DNA of 60,928 bases, counting the filler. It is 4 parts of 4 records of this genome, joined end to end, with 100 filler letters (N's around TTAATTAATTAA, not from the genome) between each part and the next. Parts side by side here need not be neighbours in the genome. Positions count along the whole stretch, not along the records: positions 52,823 to 60,928 come from SRR20825006_106; 3 more parts are not named here. One strand, written 5' to 3'. A model generated the notes under the pieces. It saw nothing but the letters and a program-made list of their open reading frames with translations. It searched no databases and had not been told where the DNA came from. The position numbers and the translations under genes are program-made. The first letter of the stretch is position 1. Each line of letters opens with the position of its first letter. Positions 58,760-60,928 of the stretch are shown piece after piece.

Positions 58760-60817
58760 TTATAGATGATATATTAACTTCAAACTTCCGTAATAATTAA
58801 TGGGTAATCCAGGGTAATAATATCTTGGAGCTGCGTTTCCAAATCCTACAGCATTTATTAAAATTGAGGAAGCGTATTTTTCGTTAAACACATTGTTTAT
58901 TCCACCACTAATTTCTGCACTAAATTTATCAGAAAGTATAGCCTTATAACCTCCTTTTAGATTGATTAAATTATAAGCATCACTAGATAAAGAGTTTTCG
59001 TCGTTCATGGGCATAGTTCCAACATGCTGGTAGGTAGTAGTATAATAAATTCCCTTGATATGCTTTAATTGAAAACCACCATTAATCAAATTTTTTGGAA
59101 CTCCTGTAAGGTCATTTCCTGAATAATCGTTGCTGTTATCTATAAAATTTTCAAATTTATGATGATTAAAAGTTGCATTTATATAGGGCTGAAGCGTAAT
59201 TGTTTTTGAGAGATTAGTTAGATAGTTTAAAGAGAATTCAACGCCTTTGTGAGAAGTTTTACCTGCATTTCTTCCTATATATTGATCTTCTCCTGTACGG
59301 TTGGCAACCAATAAATTCTTAACATCCATATAATAAAAAGCAGCTTTGAATTTTAGGGTTTTATTGAAAAAGTAATTCTCTGTTCCTATCTCATAATTAA
59401 TTCCAGTTTCAGGTCCGATATCTTCGTTTATAACGCCTTCTGGTGTTAATGTTTCTTCAAGGTTAGGAAAGGAAAACCCGTAACTTATATTGGTAAATAG
59501 CTGATTATTCTCTGAGAAATGATAGTTTAAATTTAAACTAGGAGCCCAGATGTCATCAAAGTCTCGTTTTGCATTTTTGTTAGCAGTTCCTTCATTATAA
59601 TAATCTCTAAAATTATAAGCAGTAGTATTGTAATTAAGCCCAACTTCTACCACAAGTTTTTTAAAATACATACTAAAAGTCCCGAAGGCATTTAGCCGAT
59701 TTCTGTATTCCTTGTTGTCGCTTAAAACGTTTCCTTCCAAGCTTCCTTGGTTATTATTTTGTTCGTATAAGTTTTCTATTGTAGCCCAGTTATAAGTGTC
59801 TGCATACAACTCAGCGCCAGCCGAAAATTTGTTTTTAAAAGGGAGTGTAGTTATGCTTCCGTTGAAAAGAGTTCTAAAACCATAGCTGTTTGTAAATTCA
59901 TCTAAAATATTAAAAGGACGAGGTTCATAATGATCCAAGTAAGAATAAAAAACAGTAGTTGTATTTGTAAAATTAGCAGAGAAATTGTGTTGAAAAGAAA
60001 GTCCTAGGGTGGTTAATTTATTGTCTTCATAGCCTTGTGCTTCTTTCCAATTATTGGCAGCTCTTTTGGGGTCTTCTTCAAAATCGGTAGCATTGATAGA
60101 GCTGGCAATTTGCGCATTGTAATCGAGTTGATTAATTAAGATTTTTAAGCTGTTATTGTCGTTAAAATTATACCCCATATCTAAAAGGATATTATTTCTT
60201 TTATAGTTGCTATTTTCCCGATATCCATCGGTTTCCAAATGGTCAGAGAGGATATTTAGATAAAATTTATCATCTCGATAACCTGCCTGAAAACTATTTT
60301 TTAAGAGTCCGAATGAGCCAGTTGTAAAGCGGTTTGAAAAAGTAGTTTTATGGTTCTCTGGAAGTTTTGTTTGGAATAAAAGAGCGCCTCCTAAGTTAGT
60401 ACCATAAATAGTTGCTTTTGGACCTTTTATAATTTTAATATGTTCAAGACTTTCAGGATCATAGATATTAAAAGATGTTTCTCCTACTCCACTGGTAATT
60501 GGAATTCCATTAAAGTATGCTTGGATTTTATTGGTTCCATAAGGAGTTCTAGCACCCATTCCTCTTACGGTAAGTCGGTTTGTATTTAGAGCACCAGAAA
60601 AAACATGAACACTTGGTGTTTCGTTTAAAACGGTGGTAATTTCTGTTGGAGCATACCGTTCAATATCTTGATTGCTAATTGCGTCGATAGGGAGGATAAG
60701 CGAATTGTTTTGAACTCGTTTGGACTCTAAAATAACTTCTGTTAAAGTATCGTTTTTCTTTTCTTGAGCAATTATAATATTAACAAAAATCAGAAAAAGT
60801 AGGGTGATTTTTTTCAT
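58760..60817 (-). CDS. TonB-dependent receptor
   Basis: Signal peptide, L.EV, plug RG.GAR...YFNGIP and IIKGP...YG...GG, L.PE..NYE.G, NN.FNEKY, YYYPG.P; start reassigned to MKKITL. Confidence 0.92.
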   Translation of the reverse strand: MKKITLLFLIFVNIIIAQEKKNDTLTEVILESKRVQNNSLILPIDAISNQDIERYAPTEITTVLNETPSVHVFSGALNTNRLTVRGMGARTPYGTNKIQAYFNGIPITSGVGETSFNIYDPESLEHIKIIKGPKATIYGTNLGGALLFQTKLPENHKTTFSNRFTTGSFGLLKNSFQAGYRDDKFYLNILSDHLETDGYRENSNYKRNNILLDMGYNFNDNNSLKILINQLDYNAQIASSINATDFEEDPKRAANNWKEAQGYEDNKLTTLGLSFQHNFSANFTNTTTVFYSYLDHYEPRPFNILDEFTNSYGFRTLFNGSITTLPFKNKFSAGAELYADTYNWATIENLYEQNNNQGSLEGNVLSDNKEYRNRLNAFGTFSMYFKKLVVEVGLNYNTTAYNFRDYYNEGTANKNAKRDFDDIWAPSLNLNYHFSENNQLFTNISYGFSFPNLEETLTPEGVINEDIGPETGINYEIGTENYFFNKTLKFKAAFYYMDVKNLLVANRTGEDQYIGRNAGKTSHKGVEFSLNYLTNLSKTITLQPYINATFNHHKFENFIDNSNDYSGNDLTGVPKNLINGGFQLKHIKGIYYTTTYQHVGTMPMNDENSLSSDAYNLINLKGGYKAILSDKFSAEISGGINNVFNEKYASSILINAVGFGNAAPRYYYPGLPINYYGSLKLIYHL

Positions 60818-60928
60818 GATGTAAAAATATGGATTTGAAATTTTGTAATAAACAGGATGAATCAAAATCTATCAAGAAAATTATGCTTTAAACTTTTCGG
60901 TACTTACTTCTATGTTTATATTAAATAT

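Overview
The window is not one locus. It is four unrelated contigs joined by three artificial 100-nt spacers (N44-TTAATTAATTAA-N44) at 13332-13431, 44926-45025 and 52723-52822, so no linkage should be inferred across spacers. (1) 1-13331: AT-rich, Flavobacteriaceae-like chromosome with lpdA, a 785-aa secreted fibre protein carrying about 35 YadA-head-like repeats and no anchor domain, nhaC, an ahpC-trx-small ORF-tpx thiol-redox cluster, dgkA, ftsK, lolA and lptF/G. (2) 13432-44925: alphaproteobacterial integrative conjugative element (ICE) of the rdfS-traF / DUF736 / ParB / ArdA / FseA(DUF6499-DUF2285) type. It carries a complete toluene/biphenyl-family ring-hydroxylating dioxygenase and meta-cleavage pathway. 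Embedded in the pathway are a four-gene envelope module (YCF48-like propeller, stand-alone MMPL/RND, DUF1302 barrel, DUF1329) and a PrpE / MDR reductase / epoxide hydrolase trio; an IS3 remnant closes the contig. Large imperfect hairpins that fold better on the template strand precede the leading-region genes. (3) 45026-52722: GC-rich gammaproteobacterial (Alcanivorax-like by impression) cytochrome c oxidase and heme A/O assembly cluster with REP-type repeats. (4) 52823-60928: Flavobacteriaceae-like housekeeping region (amidohydrolase, Ig-like lipoprotein, comF, glyQS, TonB-dependent receptor). Most of the interest lies in contig 2. All calls come from motif recognition by eye; no database searches were run, and taxonomic labels are impressions.
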